DNA of 54,965 bases, from the IMG/VR virus record IMGVR_UViG_3300044613_005025, positions 1-54,965 of that record. One strand, written 5' to 3'. Below the pieces are notes generated by a model. The model was not told where the DNA came from. It saw only the letters and a program-made list of their open reading frames with translations, and searched no databases. This DNA comes from a virus. Lineage: Duplodnaviria > Caudoviricetes. This document shows, piece by piece, positions 1-8,891 of this stretch. How positions within the stretch are numbered: the stretch's first letter is position 1; every line of letters begins with the position of its first letter. Made by a program: the position numbers and the translations under genes.

Positions 1-1290
1 ATGCCGGCGGTCCGTGACTGGGAGGACACGATCAGGGCGGTGGTGTCTCACGCCCTGTCTCAGAAGGGCTGCCGTCGTGGCTGGACGGTGCTCAATCACC
101 GTGGTCATGCGCGCCTGAACATCGCTGCTGGGGCTGGACGGGGCAGGCGCCGGCAGGTGCTTCTTCCCATTCCGTGGGAGTGCGACCAGATCGACCACAT
201 CCGCGATGCGGTGGTTCAGGTCTATGAGGAGTTCCAGCAGGGCATCGAGCCCGATGCCTGCGTGGCACGCATGCCCCGTGCCGATGGATCGAGGGCAGCA
301 GAGGGGGAGCCCGGTTCAGGCCGCGGTACTCAGACAGGGCACCCCGGCAGGCCCAGGCACAGGGGAATGGCGGCAGTGCTTGCCCCGGGGGACTGGGAAG
401 GGCTGATCGCTGCCTTTCGGGAGCACAAGCTGATCAGTGGTGAGATCAAGCCATCGACCTGGCATCGGGTCTACCGGCACCACATGAACCACGTGCTCGG
501 TGCGGTGGCTGTGCCCGCCCCGCCGCAGAACGCCAAGCAGCTGCTGGAGACCCTGGCCCGGATCTGGGCGGACAAGCCGGGTGGACGCACCCGCCAGATC
601 CAGATTCAGTTGACTGCCGCCCTGCTGCGTTGGGCCGTGGCGGAGCGGCGGCTGGGCGAGGACTGGAAGCCGCCTCAGGATCTGGCGGTGTTCGTGGGCC
701 GATCGCGTGCGGCGAAAGCGATCACGACGCCCCTGGAGGTGGAGCACATTCTTGCGTTGGTGCGGGCCATCCCGGACGCCCGCTGGCGCTTTGCCTTTCA
801 GCTGATGGCGGCCTACGGACTGCGCCCGGAGGAGCTCCAACATCTGCAGATCCGCCAGGGTCGGCTCTGGTGCACGTATGAGAAGGTCGCCTCCCGCGGC
901 AAGACCCGGCCAAGGGTGTTGCGCCCGCTGCCCTGTGATGACTGGGCAGACGGCTGGCGCATCGAGGAGCGTTTCCCAACCCAGGAGTTACCGCCCATGC
1001 AGCCTGGTCTGGGTGGGGGCTACATGGGTCACTACCTGATGAATCGACCGCTTTGGAAGGAGCTACGGCGTGAGTACGAGGCCAAGGGCGAGAAGCTGGT
1101 GCCCTACTCCTGCCGCCATGGCTACGCACACCGGGCCCACGTGATCTGCGACCTGCCGCCCAAGGTGGTGGCCGCGGCGATGGGGCACAGCGTGCAGACC
1201 CACCTGGCGGCCTACAGCCGCTGGTGCGGGGATGACGTGGTGGATGACGCCTTTGCAAGGGCGGAACAACGACTAGGCCGCCCCGGTTGA
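1..1290 (+). CDS. int: Tyrosine recombinase / integrase
   Basis: YGLRPEEL (catalytic R), YSCRHGYAH (HxxR-equivalent box), MGHSVQTHLAAY (H and catalytic Y). Confidence 0.9.
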   Translation: MPAVRDWEDTIRAVVSHALSQKGCRRGWTVLNHRGHARLNIAAGAGRGRRRQVLLPIPWECDQIDHIRDAVVQVYEEFQQGIEPDACVARMPRADGSRAAEGEPGSGRGTQTGHPGRPRHRGMAAVLAPGDWEGLIAAFREHKLISGEIKPSTWHRVYRHHMNHVLGAVAVPAPPQNAKQLLETLARIWADKPGGRTRQIQIQLTAALLRWAVAERRLGEDWKPPQDLAVFVGRSRAAKAITTPLEVEHILALVRAIPDARWRFAFQLMAAYGLRPEELQHLQIRQGRLWCTYEKVASRGKTRPRVLRPLPCDDWADGWRIEERFPTQELPPMQPGLGGGYMGHYLMNRPLWKELRREYEAKGEKLVPYSCRHGYAHRAHVICDLPPKVVAAAMGHSVQTHLAAYSRWCGDDVVDDAFARAEQRLGRPG

Positions 1291-1346
1291 GAGTCATCAG
1301 AGGGAGTATCGTTTTTTACAGTGAGTTTCTCTGGCCAAGACGCGAA

Positions 1347-2447
1347 CTAAAACTTTCCCCCGAACAAAAGAGACTTTACAAGTAGTGGTAGCGCACGCGG
1401 GGAAATATAGCCCCTACAATGTTTCAAGATTTCTGCTCTTGTGCCAGGTGGTATTGCCTTAATCTCCTCAAGCAAAGCGGATGGATCAGAGGCCAGGCTG
1501 TTGACTCTGTCAAGCAGCAGTTTGTAATAATCGGGTGGTGTAAAAGATATTAGACTGTCCTCTTCTAAGTCATTTATATAATCATCAAGTATTGCGCATT
1601 CTCCCTGTTGATTCTTAGAAGAAGTCAGTTCTTCAGGCTCTTGAACGTTAGGCTGACATTCGAGCGTGGGCTGACTGCTGTTACGCTCGATGAGGGAAGA
1701 TAGCGCTTCGCCAACCCTCTGAAGCGAAAATATGCCAGAGCCATCTTCATGACTTGCGAAAGAACACATGTAGCAATCTATGCAAGCGCCTTTGATCCTC
1801 GAAGCAAAATTAAGCATCAACTCCTCCACATCTCTGTAGTCTTCGTCACTCTCGATCAAGTCAACCTTGTTGATCAAAAGAAGAGTTGGGATTCCAGAAG
1901 AGGAGACTTTTTGGATTACCTCTCTTTCAATATGAGCCAAAGGCTTCACCGCCGAAGAAATATGTATGTACACCAGTCGCTCGTCTTCAGGAAGTTGCTT
2001 TCGTACTACTGAGTGAATCCCATTATCAGGAATACTGCGTAGCTCAGCTTGTCCAAGCTCAGCGGCAAAGGTGACAGAACCAACAAATCCGAATGAAACC
2101 ATTACTTCTAGTGATGCATGCTCACCGTCAGATACCTTCATCAAGATGTTCTTGCTCACCTCACCCGCTGCAAGTGCAATCAAGTGACGCGACTCAAAAT
2201 CATTAGTGGAAATTGTTATCTCATGCTGAGCAGACCCGATGCTTTTCAACCGCAGAACTGGAGCCAACTGGCTGCCTTCTGGATCGCCGAACGAATAATT
2301 GAGATAAGCTCGATTAGCCTCCGATTGCCTTCCTCGTACTCCTCTTGGAAAAGGAGTACTTGGAAGCCCACTGACGAGATGATTTAGCAGCGTAGTTTTT
2401 CCAGATGATCTCTCGCCACCAATTATGATATTGAGAAATCTTGTCAT
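1347..2447 (-). CDS. Dynamin/TRAFAC-like GTPase-domain protein, degenerate partner
   Basis: G1 GERSSGKT, G4 NKVD, no clear G3 DxxG; start overlaps the stop of the upstream dynamin; AT-rich. Confidence 0.65.
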   Translation of the reverse strand: MTRFLNIIIGGERSSGKTTLLNHLVSGLPSTPFPRGVRGRQSEANRAYLNYSFGDPEGSQLAPVLRLKSIGSAQHEITISTNDFESRHLIALAAGEVSKNILMKVSDGEHASLEVMVSFGFVGSVTFAAELGQAELRSIPDNGIHSVVRKQLPEDERLVYIHISSAVKPLAHIEREVIQKVSSSGIPTLLLINKVDLIESDEDYRDVEELMLNFASRIKGACIDCYMCSFASHEDGSGIFSLQRVGEALSSLIERNSSQPTLECQPNVQEPEELTSSKNQQGECAILDDYINDLEEDSLISFTPPDYYKLLLDRVNSLASDPSALLEEIKAIPPGTRAEILKHCRGYISPRALPLLVKSLLFGGKF

Positions 2448-4444
2448 AACTGGACATAGTCGTTAATGCTTGTTGTATTGCTCTTGATTTCATCTAGCAG
2501 AGCGTAGGACTTCTTGATTTGTTCCCACACTTTGGAGCTATTTTCTTCGATGTTTCGAACTATCTCACTCTGCTGGTCTTGGACGTCTTGTATCTCGGAC
2601 ACAATCTGAAGCCGTACTGACTGGCCAGATTCTGCAAACTTTTCAGAAACTTGCTTCTTGATGTCAAGTCTTTTGATGCTTAACTCTTCAAGGATTTTGG
2701 GAAACATCTTCTCTCCTATAGATTTTCTCATCTTGTCTGCAAAGCCATCTACTTGGTTTGCAATATGAAAGTATTCTTGCATCACATAATAAACAATTGC
2801 AATCGGCCACGCGAATATCCCTAAAACGACTGTTATGACAACTTGAATGATAAATCTCGTCAAGAAAGACTGCCAGTTGCCGTTTCCCAGAATAGAGCCC
2901 GAGACTTGTGAAGGATCAAGCATTAAAACGCCGATAAATGCTTGAGTGATACGATTGATATCTGCTTCAGTATCGGCATTTCGGACACCTGCGAATAGCG
3001 CTTTAATTGATTCAAGGTCGACTGATATCTCCTTAATGCCTTGATCTACGCTATTTCTAACTTTCGTGACGGCAGCTTGTATTCTTAAGTCACTAGGCAA
3101 ACGCTCTGCCCAATCAAGAAGAATGCGATTTATATAGATCTCGATACCTTTCTGTATCTCTTTTTCGATGTGGGCTTTATCGTTGCCTTTGCCTTGCAGG
3201 AATCCCCAGAGCCTTTCAAAAGGCGCCTTGAAGCCATCCCAAGCACTTACGCCGGTTAGGGGTAGGCCTTGGATTGACTCCTCTCCCCATTTGCTTTGTC
3301 TTTCCTTGATAAACTGTTCAAGGTTCTCATAAGTGGCATCGGCAATGATAATTCCGGCTTCAGTAAATAATTCTTCTATCTGCCTGGCCTTGTCCTTTAA
3401 ATTTTCTAGCCTGACTTGGCTTTCTGCTTTTCTGGCTTTCAAGTCCTCCAGTGAAGAGCTTGCAGCCGCTTTCCAGTCGTTAACAAGTCTTTCATGTTCA
3501 TTGAGAAAGTCATTGGATGCAGTCTGCAGTCTTTTTAATGCAATGCGCTCCCGACCAGAGGATGAAAGAAATATAGACAAGTCATTTAACAGCTCATAAA
3601 CCCCACTGATTCTGAAAAGATCTTCGGATCCGGACGTTCTGGAGCGAAGCGCTGTTCTGGCATCGACAAAGTAAATACGATTTTGCTGCTCGCGGCCGAG
3701 TGTCTCATTACTGATCTCTCTTAGGCGCGCGTGGAATAAACTTTTGATCTCATCGATTTCGTCGTCATCAACAAGATTAATTTTATTCACTACAATAAAA
3801 ACACCTTCGGGACCAAAGTTCGAAAAGAGGTCTTTGGCCCATCTCACCTCTTCGATGCTGAGTGGCTGAGTGGCATCAAGTACTAATATCGCGCCAGTAG
3901 AAAACTTAAAAAAGTCTTGAGTTGCCTTTGTTCTGACAGGGTTTTCAGCAAGCCCAGGTGAGTCTACGAGAATCACCCCATCTCTGCATAAGTCTAGGTC
4001 TACGGGGATATCCGCATATAAAATGTCGCGAAAGCGATCCTCAGCATGCGATCCATGATCGGCAATGTCAAGCATGAACTCTGATTGGAACTCAGTAAGA
4101 CCAAGTGACTTCTGCTTGCCATCTGCGTAGTACACGGTCACGCCGCTATCAGGGGATCCGTGAAAGATTCTTGTGATAACTGCGGTTGCTGGCGCTTGTT
4201 TTGCGGGTAAGATCTTTTCTCCAAGAAAGGAATTAAGCAGCGTGCTCTTACCGTTCTTGAATTCCCCCAAGACGATCAGCTGGAAGATACCTTTTGAGAG
4301 TTCACTGTGTTGGCCTGACAATATCTTGCCTGCGTTGCTCGAGCCCGCAGAAGCTAGCGACCTGAGATCATCCCCTTTCTCTAGCGAACTCTTGACGATG
4401 TCTAGTGCGCTATGCAGGGTTGGTGCTACTTTGCGTTGCTCCAT
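2444..4444 (-). CDS. Bacterial dynamin-like protein (BDLP/LeoA/CrfC-like)
   Basis: G1 GEFKNGKS, G2 PAT, G3 DSPG, G4 NKIN, long helical stalk and hydrophobic paddle FIIQVVITVVLGIFAWPIAIVYY. Confidence 0.9.
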   Translation of the reverse strand: MEQRKVAPTLHSALDIVKSSLEKGDDLRSLASAGSSNAGKILSGQHSELSKGIFQLIVLGEFKNGKSTLLNSFLGEKILPAKQAPATAVITRIFHGSPDSGVTVYYADGKQKSLGLTEFQSEFMLDIADHGSHAEDRFRDILYADIPVDLDLCRDGVILVDSPGLAENPVRTKATQDFFKFSTGAILVLDATQPLSIEEVRWAKDLFSNFGPEGVFIVVNKINLVDDDEIDEIKSLFHARLREISNETLGREQQNRIYFVDARTALRSRTSGSEDLFRISGVYELLNDLSIFLSSSGRERIALKRLQTASNDFLNEHERLVNDWKAAASSSLEDLKARKAESQVRLENLKDKARQIEELFTEAGIIIADATYENLEQFIKERQSKWGEESIQGLPLTGVSAWDGFKAPFERLWGFLQGKGNDKAHIEKEIQKGIEIYINRILLDWAERLPSDLRIQAAVTKVRNSVDQGIKEISVDLESIKALFAGVRNADTEADINRITQAFIGVLMLDPSQVSGSILGNGNWQSFLTRFIIQVVITVVLGIFAWPIAIVYYVMQEYFHIANQVDGFADKMRKSIGEKMFPKILEELSIKRLDIKKQVSEKFAESGQSVRLQIVSEIQDVQDQQSEIVRNIEENSSKVWEQIKKSYALLDEIKSNTTSINDYVQL

Positions 4445-4600
4445 GACATTTTTATAATCCCGCTCGATTATTATACAGCATCAACTCCCTATGCGTCTGC
4501 GAGGACGGCAACGTTTATCTTTCCCTTCCTGAACGCGGCTCTGCTCATAAGGTTTTTGCATGCCATCGCATATCAAAATCATCCAGGCTCCACAAGATCT

Positions 4601-4840
4601 CTATAAGTTGCGTTTGCTCCACCCGGTGATGGTGGCCTCCACGTTCTCCAGGTGCCACTGCAGTGGCCCCCGACCCTGGGTGCAGCCCCAGCGGCGGTAG
4701 TGCTTGCCTGGGGTGAGCACCCCCCGCAGCCGCAGCTGGCGGAGGGTTTCCCGGCTCATCCCCAGAGCAGCGCAGGCTTCTGCCGTCGTCACCCAGACCT
4801 GGTGACGTCCAGATGCGGGTTGCGTCGACTGCTTCTCCAT
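4601..4840 (-). CDS. Excisionase-like HTH DNA-binding protein (79 aa)
   Basis: WVTTAEACAALGMSRETLRQLR winged-HTH pattern; ATG overlaps the upstream TGA. Confidence 0.75.
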   Translation of the reverse strand: MEKQSTQPASGRHQVWVTTAEACAALGMSRETLRQLRLRGVLTPGKHYRRWGCTQGRGPLQWHLENVEATITGWSKRNL

Positions 4841-5613
4841 CAGGCCAGCTCCTGCAGCACGCTGACCACATCGGGATTCCAGAGGATCTGGTAGCCGCTG
4901 TGGCCATGCCGGCAGTAGGGCATGGCCTCTGCCCACTCCTGACCCCGCGTCGTCAGCTCCCACTCGTCGCGGGCATTGCGGGTCTGAAGCCCGCATGCCG
5001 CCAGGTGCTGGTTCATCACCCGGCCCGACATGCCCACCTTTCGACCCAGCTGAGAGGCATTCAGCGAACAGATGGGCTCTTCGGCAGCAGGCAACGCACG
5101 GCGCAGGCTTTTCACCGCCAGGCCAGTGTTTTCCTGGATGCAGTTGAGGGTGGCAGCCATAGCGATCCCGGCCTTCACGCCAGGGAGCCGTGCAATGGCT
5201 TGACCGATCAGCAGAAGAGCGCCGACGCTGTCCTGCTTCTCTGAGGGCAAGGATGCCGGAGTAGGGAGGGCCCCTGGGACGGTGTAGCTCCCGGTCTGAC
5301 GAATTGCCGGCAGCACCTCGTGAGTGACCCAGCGCTTGAACCGGTGAGCCTCTTTCTTGCGGCTACCCAGCACCAGGTTGTACATCCCTGGCTCATTCAC
5401 GATCGTCATGACCTGCTCGCCCCCAGGGGTGTGAATTGAACTCACACCCTTCTCGTCGTCATCAAGCCGCTCCAAGGCTTTGCGGTCGAGGCCGAGCGAG
5501 GCAAGCAGATCAGCCGCCACGAACCAAGGATCACCCAGCTCATCGCTGATGAGGCGGATCTGGCGTCCCTCGTACTCAAAGGGCACGAGGGACGAAGTGT
5601 TGTTGTTGTTCAT
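4840..5613 (-). CDS. BRO-N family phage antirepressor
   Basis: FEYEGRQIR...PWFVAADL...IVNEPGMYNLVLGSRK..A.RFKRWVTHEVLPAIRQTGSY. Confidence 0.9.
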   Translation of the reverse strand: MNNNNTSSLVPFEYEGRQIRLISDELGDPWFVAADLLASLGLDRKALERLDDDEKGVSSIHTPGGEQVMTIVNEPGMYNLVLGSRKKEAHRFKRWVTHEVLPAIRQTGSYTVPGALPTPASLPSEKQDSVGALLLIGQAIARLPGVKAGIAMAATLNCIQENTGLAVKSLRRALPAAEEPICSLNASQLGRKVGMSGRVMNQHLAACGLQTRNARDEWELTTRGQEWAEAMPYCRHGHSGYQILWNPDVVSVLQELA

Positions 5614-5906
5614 TGGTCTGAAATCGGTAAGGCGGTGACGGGCCTGTTGAGGGCCGAGTTGGGATCGGGATCGAGTCGGAAGTGGTTGGTGACGGTGGCC
5701 GGGGACAACCGCGGCGTCACGGGCCCGGCGATCACAAGCAGCAAGGTGCTCAGCTGAAATGCCAGCCCCAGCAGCACCAAGCCACGCAGGCAAGCCAGGC
5801 TGGAGGCCGTGACCATGACGGTGGTGGGCCGCCGGGTGCGGCAGAAGGCAGGCAACTGGGGACGGGGCCCGGCGGCCCCGTTGTTGCGGACGTATGGCGA
5901 GGCCAT
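5610..5906 (-). CDS. Hypothetical small membrane protein
   Basis: Overlaps both neighbours in the operon; one hydrophobic segment; start uncertain. Confidence 0.45.
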   Translation of the reverse strand: MASPYVRNNGAAGPRPQLPAFCRTRRPTTVMVTASSLACLRGLVLLGLAFQLSTLLLVIAGPVTPRLSPATVTNHFRLDPDPNSALNRPVTALPISDQ

Positions 5907-6499
5907 CAGAAGGGGGCCTCGTCGTCGTCATCCACGCCCCAACCAGTAGTGCCTCCAGCTTCTGCGGCGCTACCTGTGGTGTATCCATCGACCTCCTCGA
6001 AGCCGTCGGTGGGGTCAACCTGCTCGTAAGGCACGAATTCCACGACCTGGACGGCGCGGGGTTGGAACGTCATGCCGCAGCCGTTCTCCCCGTCCCAGTC
6101 GTAGATGTCGAAGGCGACGATCACCTTCGAGCCGTTGCCGATGGCAGACCCATCCCAGGGCTGCTTTTTGGCATCAACGATGCGGGGCCCCTCAGAGAGA
6201 GACCCGTCGCGCCGCTGAAACTGCGGCACCTTGAAGCGCACCACGGTGATTTCACTGGGCTGCTCCCTGTCGGGCTTCCAGGGGAAGCCTTTCTCAGCGC
6301 GGCGCTTGCGGCTTCCGTGGAGGGCGATGAACTGGTCTTCCATCGCCAGCAGGAAGGACTGGGCCTTCTCGTCGCTGTTGGGCAGCAGCAGGTCGGCCGT
6401 CCAGGCCTTGGGCTTGCTCTTGTCGAGCTGGTGCCTTGGGGTGATCAGGTGGGCCCAGCGCACTTCGGCGAGGGGTGTGCGGAAGATGTCCTTAGCCAT
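5906..6499 (-). CDS. ssb: Single-stranded DNA-binding protein, T7 gp2.5-like
   Basis: TP...RWAHL start, IGNGSKV and AVQVVEFVPY motifs, acidic tail ending DDDDEAPF. Confidence 0.8.
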   Translation of the reverse strand: MAKDIFRTPLAEVRWAHLITPRHQLDKSKPKAWTADLLLPNSDEKAQSFLLAMEDQFIALHGSRKRRAEKGFPWKPDREQPSEITVVRFKVPQFQRRDGSLSEGPRIVDAKKQPWDGSAIGNGSKVIVAFDIYDWDGENGCGMTFQPRAVQVVEFVPYEQVDPTDGFEEVDGYTTGSAAEAGGTTGWGVDDDDEAPF

Positions 6500-6728
6500 G
6501 GGTTGAATCGGGTTGAACAGTGGAAACGGGCTGTTGATCGAACGGGGGAAGGGGCGGCAGGCCAAAGCGCTCGCGCAGCAGGTGATGCACCGCACCGCTG
6601 GCCGAGAGGTTGTGGCGCTCCATCACCTCTCGGACTCGCAAGTAGACGTCAGTGCGCACCTGGGTCTGGATGAAATGGCGACCGGCCTGGGAGCGGGGCT
6701 GCTCGCCGTAACGACGAAGGCCTTTCAT
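6492..6728 (-). CDS. Small ribbon-helix-helix-like DNA-binding protein
   Basis: FIQTQV strand followed by two helices (NLSASGAVHHLL); overlaps neighbours. Confidence 0.5.
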   Translation of the reverse strand: MKGLRRYGEQPRSQAGRHFIQTQVRTDVYLRVREVMERHNLSASGAVHHLLRERFGLPPLPPFDQQPVSTVQPDSTHG

Positions 6729-7450
6729 GGCTCCACCGGCGCCGCGACGCCATCGAGGCCTTGTTCTTCGCACTCCTCAAGGAAGTGATCGATGAAGGCG
6801 GCGTGCTGGTGCTGGGTGATGCGATCGCCGATGGAACGGGCATTGCGCGGCACCTGGAAGTGCTCGCGGAAGGCCTTGGTCAGCGCCTGGCGAGCGGCCT
6901 GGGGCAGGGCGAGGATTCGCTGGTGGGTGGCTTCGATCTCCTGGGGCGTGAGCGGCTCCAGAGCGACATCGAGGTCAACCCCTGGAGCCGCGTCTTCCTC
7001 TTTGCTGGACTCAGGCCCAGCCGGTGCATCGAGAGCCCCGACGGTTGCGAGGTTCTTCGCTTCGTTGTTCTCAGCCTCTACAGGCCGAGCCTGCTTGGCC
7101 AAAGGAATGCCCAGCAGCATGGCCAGCATCCAGCCAGCGGCCTGGAGTAAGTCGTCGACCGCGTCGGCCCACTCCTCGCTGGCGACCTCAGCACCGCCGG
7201 CGTGCATCACGGTGACGCGCAGCTTGTGGCGGCCTCGGACATCGACCAGCTGAGCACTGAAGGCAATGCCGGAGGAGAAAGCTGGCTTGGCTGCTTCGAC
7301 CACGGCAGCCAGATCAAGGGATGGAACGGCCTGCACCTGCTCCTGAAAGGAGGCCAGGGCGGCGGTGAGCGCGCGCTCGGCGCTGCCCTTTTCACTGAGC
7401 AGCTCGAGAGCGTCGGGTGACACGCCTGCGCGTGCGTGGGATTGCGTCAT
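6725..7450 (-). CDS. ERF-like single-strand annealing protein (divergent)
   Basis: ALASFQ...L..VVEAAKP...GIAFSAQ...VTVMHAGG resembles the ERF core; C-terminal domain shared with the Rad52 protein at 51613. Confidence 0.5.
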   Translation of the reverse strand: MTQSHARAGVSPDALELLSEKGSAERALTAALASFQEQVQAVPSLDLAAVVEAAKPAFSSGIAFSAQLVDVRGRHKLRVTVMHAGGAEVASEEWADAVDDLLQAAGWMLAMLLGIPLAKQARPVEAENNEAKNLATVGALDAPAGPESSKEEDAAPGVDLDVALEPLTPQEIEATHQRILALPQAARQALTKAFREHFQVPRNARSIGDRITQHQHAAFIDHFLEECEEQGLDGVAAPVEP

Positions 7451-7571
7451 GGCAACTGAGAGCCGGGCTTGTGCCCGCTGGCCTGAGCTTAGCGGCTAGC
7501 TAATGCTAGGTGCAACCCTTGATTTTCCTCAGGGTTGTCCGGGCCGGTGTTGCCTCTGCCTAGGTGAGTTC

Positions 7572-8273
7572 CTAGGCGGACAGCGCCGTCTGCTCCCAGG
7601 CGCTGATCCACTGTTCAGGCAGGAACTCTTCACCATCCACCCAGAGCTGCGCCAGCTCAACCGAGCTGTAGTCGTCGATGGCCAGCACCTCTGAGAAACG
7701 CTTCTGGTGCTCCTTCGGCGCACTCTTGACCAGCTGCTCTAGGGCCTGGCTGACATCGAGGCCGCCCTCCTTGATCACGCGGCGCACGTGCTGCCGCCAC
7801 TTCTGACAGACCTCCTCGGCTCGCTTCGACGTCAGGGTCGGTGCCGGAGCGCTCTGATAAGCCTTGGGCACCGGCACATAGCCGATGTAGCAGCTCCAGA
7901 AATCCACCGCATCCCAGAGCTTGCCGTCATCGCCGCGCAGGGGCTCGGCGTCCCTCAGCTGGTCCTTGAGGCGCTGGGTTGTGACCCCGGCCAGTTTCTT
8001 GGCCCCGTCATCGAGGCGGCGGTTGATCTCCTCCAACTGGAAGAAAGCCTTCTGGCGCAGCTCACCGGCCTTGCCCTGCTCGATCACCGAGAGGTTGCCG
8101 TAGGAGATCACCTCAAACTCGGCTTCCGTGCCCCATTCGCAGGCGGTGTACTGGGTCCAGCCATTACGGCGGCGCCAGTTGAGCAGCATCTTCCCGAAGG
8201 CTTTGCGGGACTCGTCCTGCCAGTCCAGGACGGCCTGGTAGGTGCGCTTGACGGGCTGTTTTGCTTGTGCCAT
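7572..8273 (-). CDS. XRE-family HTH regulator (candidate repressor)
   Basis: FGKMLLNWRRRNGWTQ...ISYGNLSVIEQGK. Confidence 0.75.
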   Translation of the reverse strand: MAQAKQPVKRTYQAVLDWQDESRKAFGKMLLNWRRRNGWTQYTACEWGTEAEFEVISYGNLSVIEQGKAGELRQKAFFQLEEINRRLDDGAKKLAGVTTQRLKDQLRDAEPLRGDDGKLWDAVDFWSCYIGYVPVPKAYQSAPAPTLTSKRAEEVCQKWRQHVRRVIKEGGLDVSQALEQLVKSAPKEHQKRFSEVLAIDDYSSVELAQLWVDGEEFLPEQWISAWEQTALSA

Positions 8274-8492
8274 AGCCCGATCCTAAGCACTGCTTGGCAC
8301 TGCTAGCCATAGCTTGTTACAGCTTGGAAGGCTGGTCTCGGTCGTTTCCTGGCTCGGCCAAGAGCTGCTTGACCTGTTGGCCGGTGAGAACACGCCCCGT
8401 TTGGGATTGGAAGCGAAGGGCCAGCGTGTACGGGTGGATGCCGGGATGGCGACGGGCCAAGGCCTCCAGCTGCCGGCGCAACTCGGGTCGGT

Positions 8493-8870
8493 TCATGCGC
8501 CTTGCCCTCCCGGGGGACTGAGGTCCAGAACCGTCCGCGCCTCCTCGATCGAACGGCAGACAGCCCCCAAACCACCCAGCTGCTGCACCAGCTGCAGAAA
8601 GGCCCGCTGCTCAGTGCTGACGGTTCCGCTCTCTGTCTTGACCTCCAGGGCAACGAATTGGGCGAGCCGCTGGCCGACCATCTCTGGAGTGACCTCCAGG
8701 GAGCGCAGCCCGATCAGGTCGCTGCTGCCCTTGCACAGCCCGAAGCGCACAAACCGCCCCTGCTGATCCACCAGGGCACCGGTGTTGTTGCGCCAGAGCC
8801 GCACCGTCCCGCGGCCGCAGGCCAGGCGGATGCGCTGCTGGATCTCGTGTTCGCTTGGGGAGGATGCCAT
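8493..8870 (-). CDS. VRR-NUC domain nuclease
   Basis: SEHEIQ, GSSDLIG, ALEVKT..G.VS.EQ..F motifs; AGGAGG RBS. Confidence 0.85.
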   Translation of the reverse strand: MASSPSEHEIQQRIRLACGRGTVRLWRNNTGALVDQQGRFVRFGLCKGSSDLIGLRSLEVTPEMVGQRLAQFVALEVKTESGTVSTEQRAFLQLVQQLGGLGAVCRSIEEARTVLDLSPPGGQGA

Positions 8871-8891
8871 GCCTCCTGTTGCCGGGCCGGG

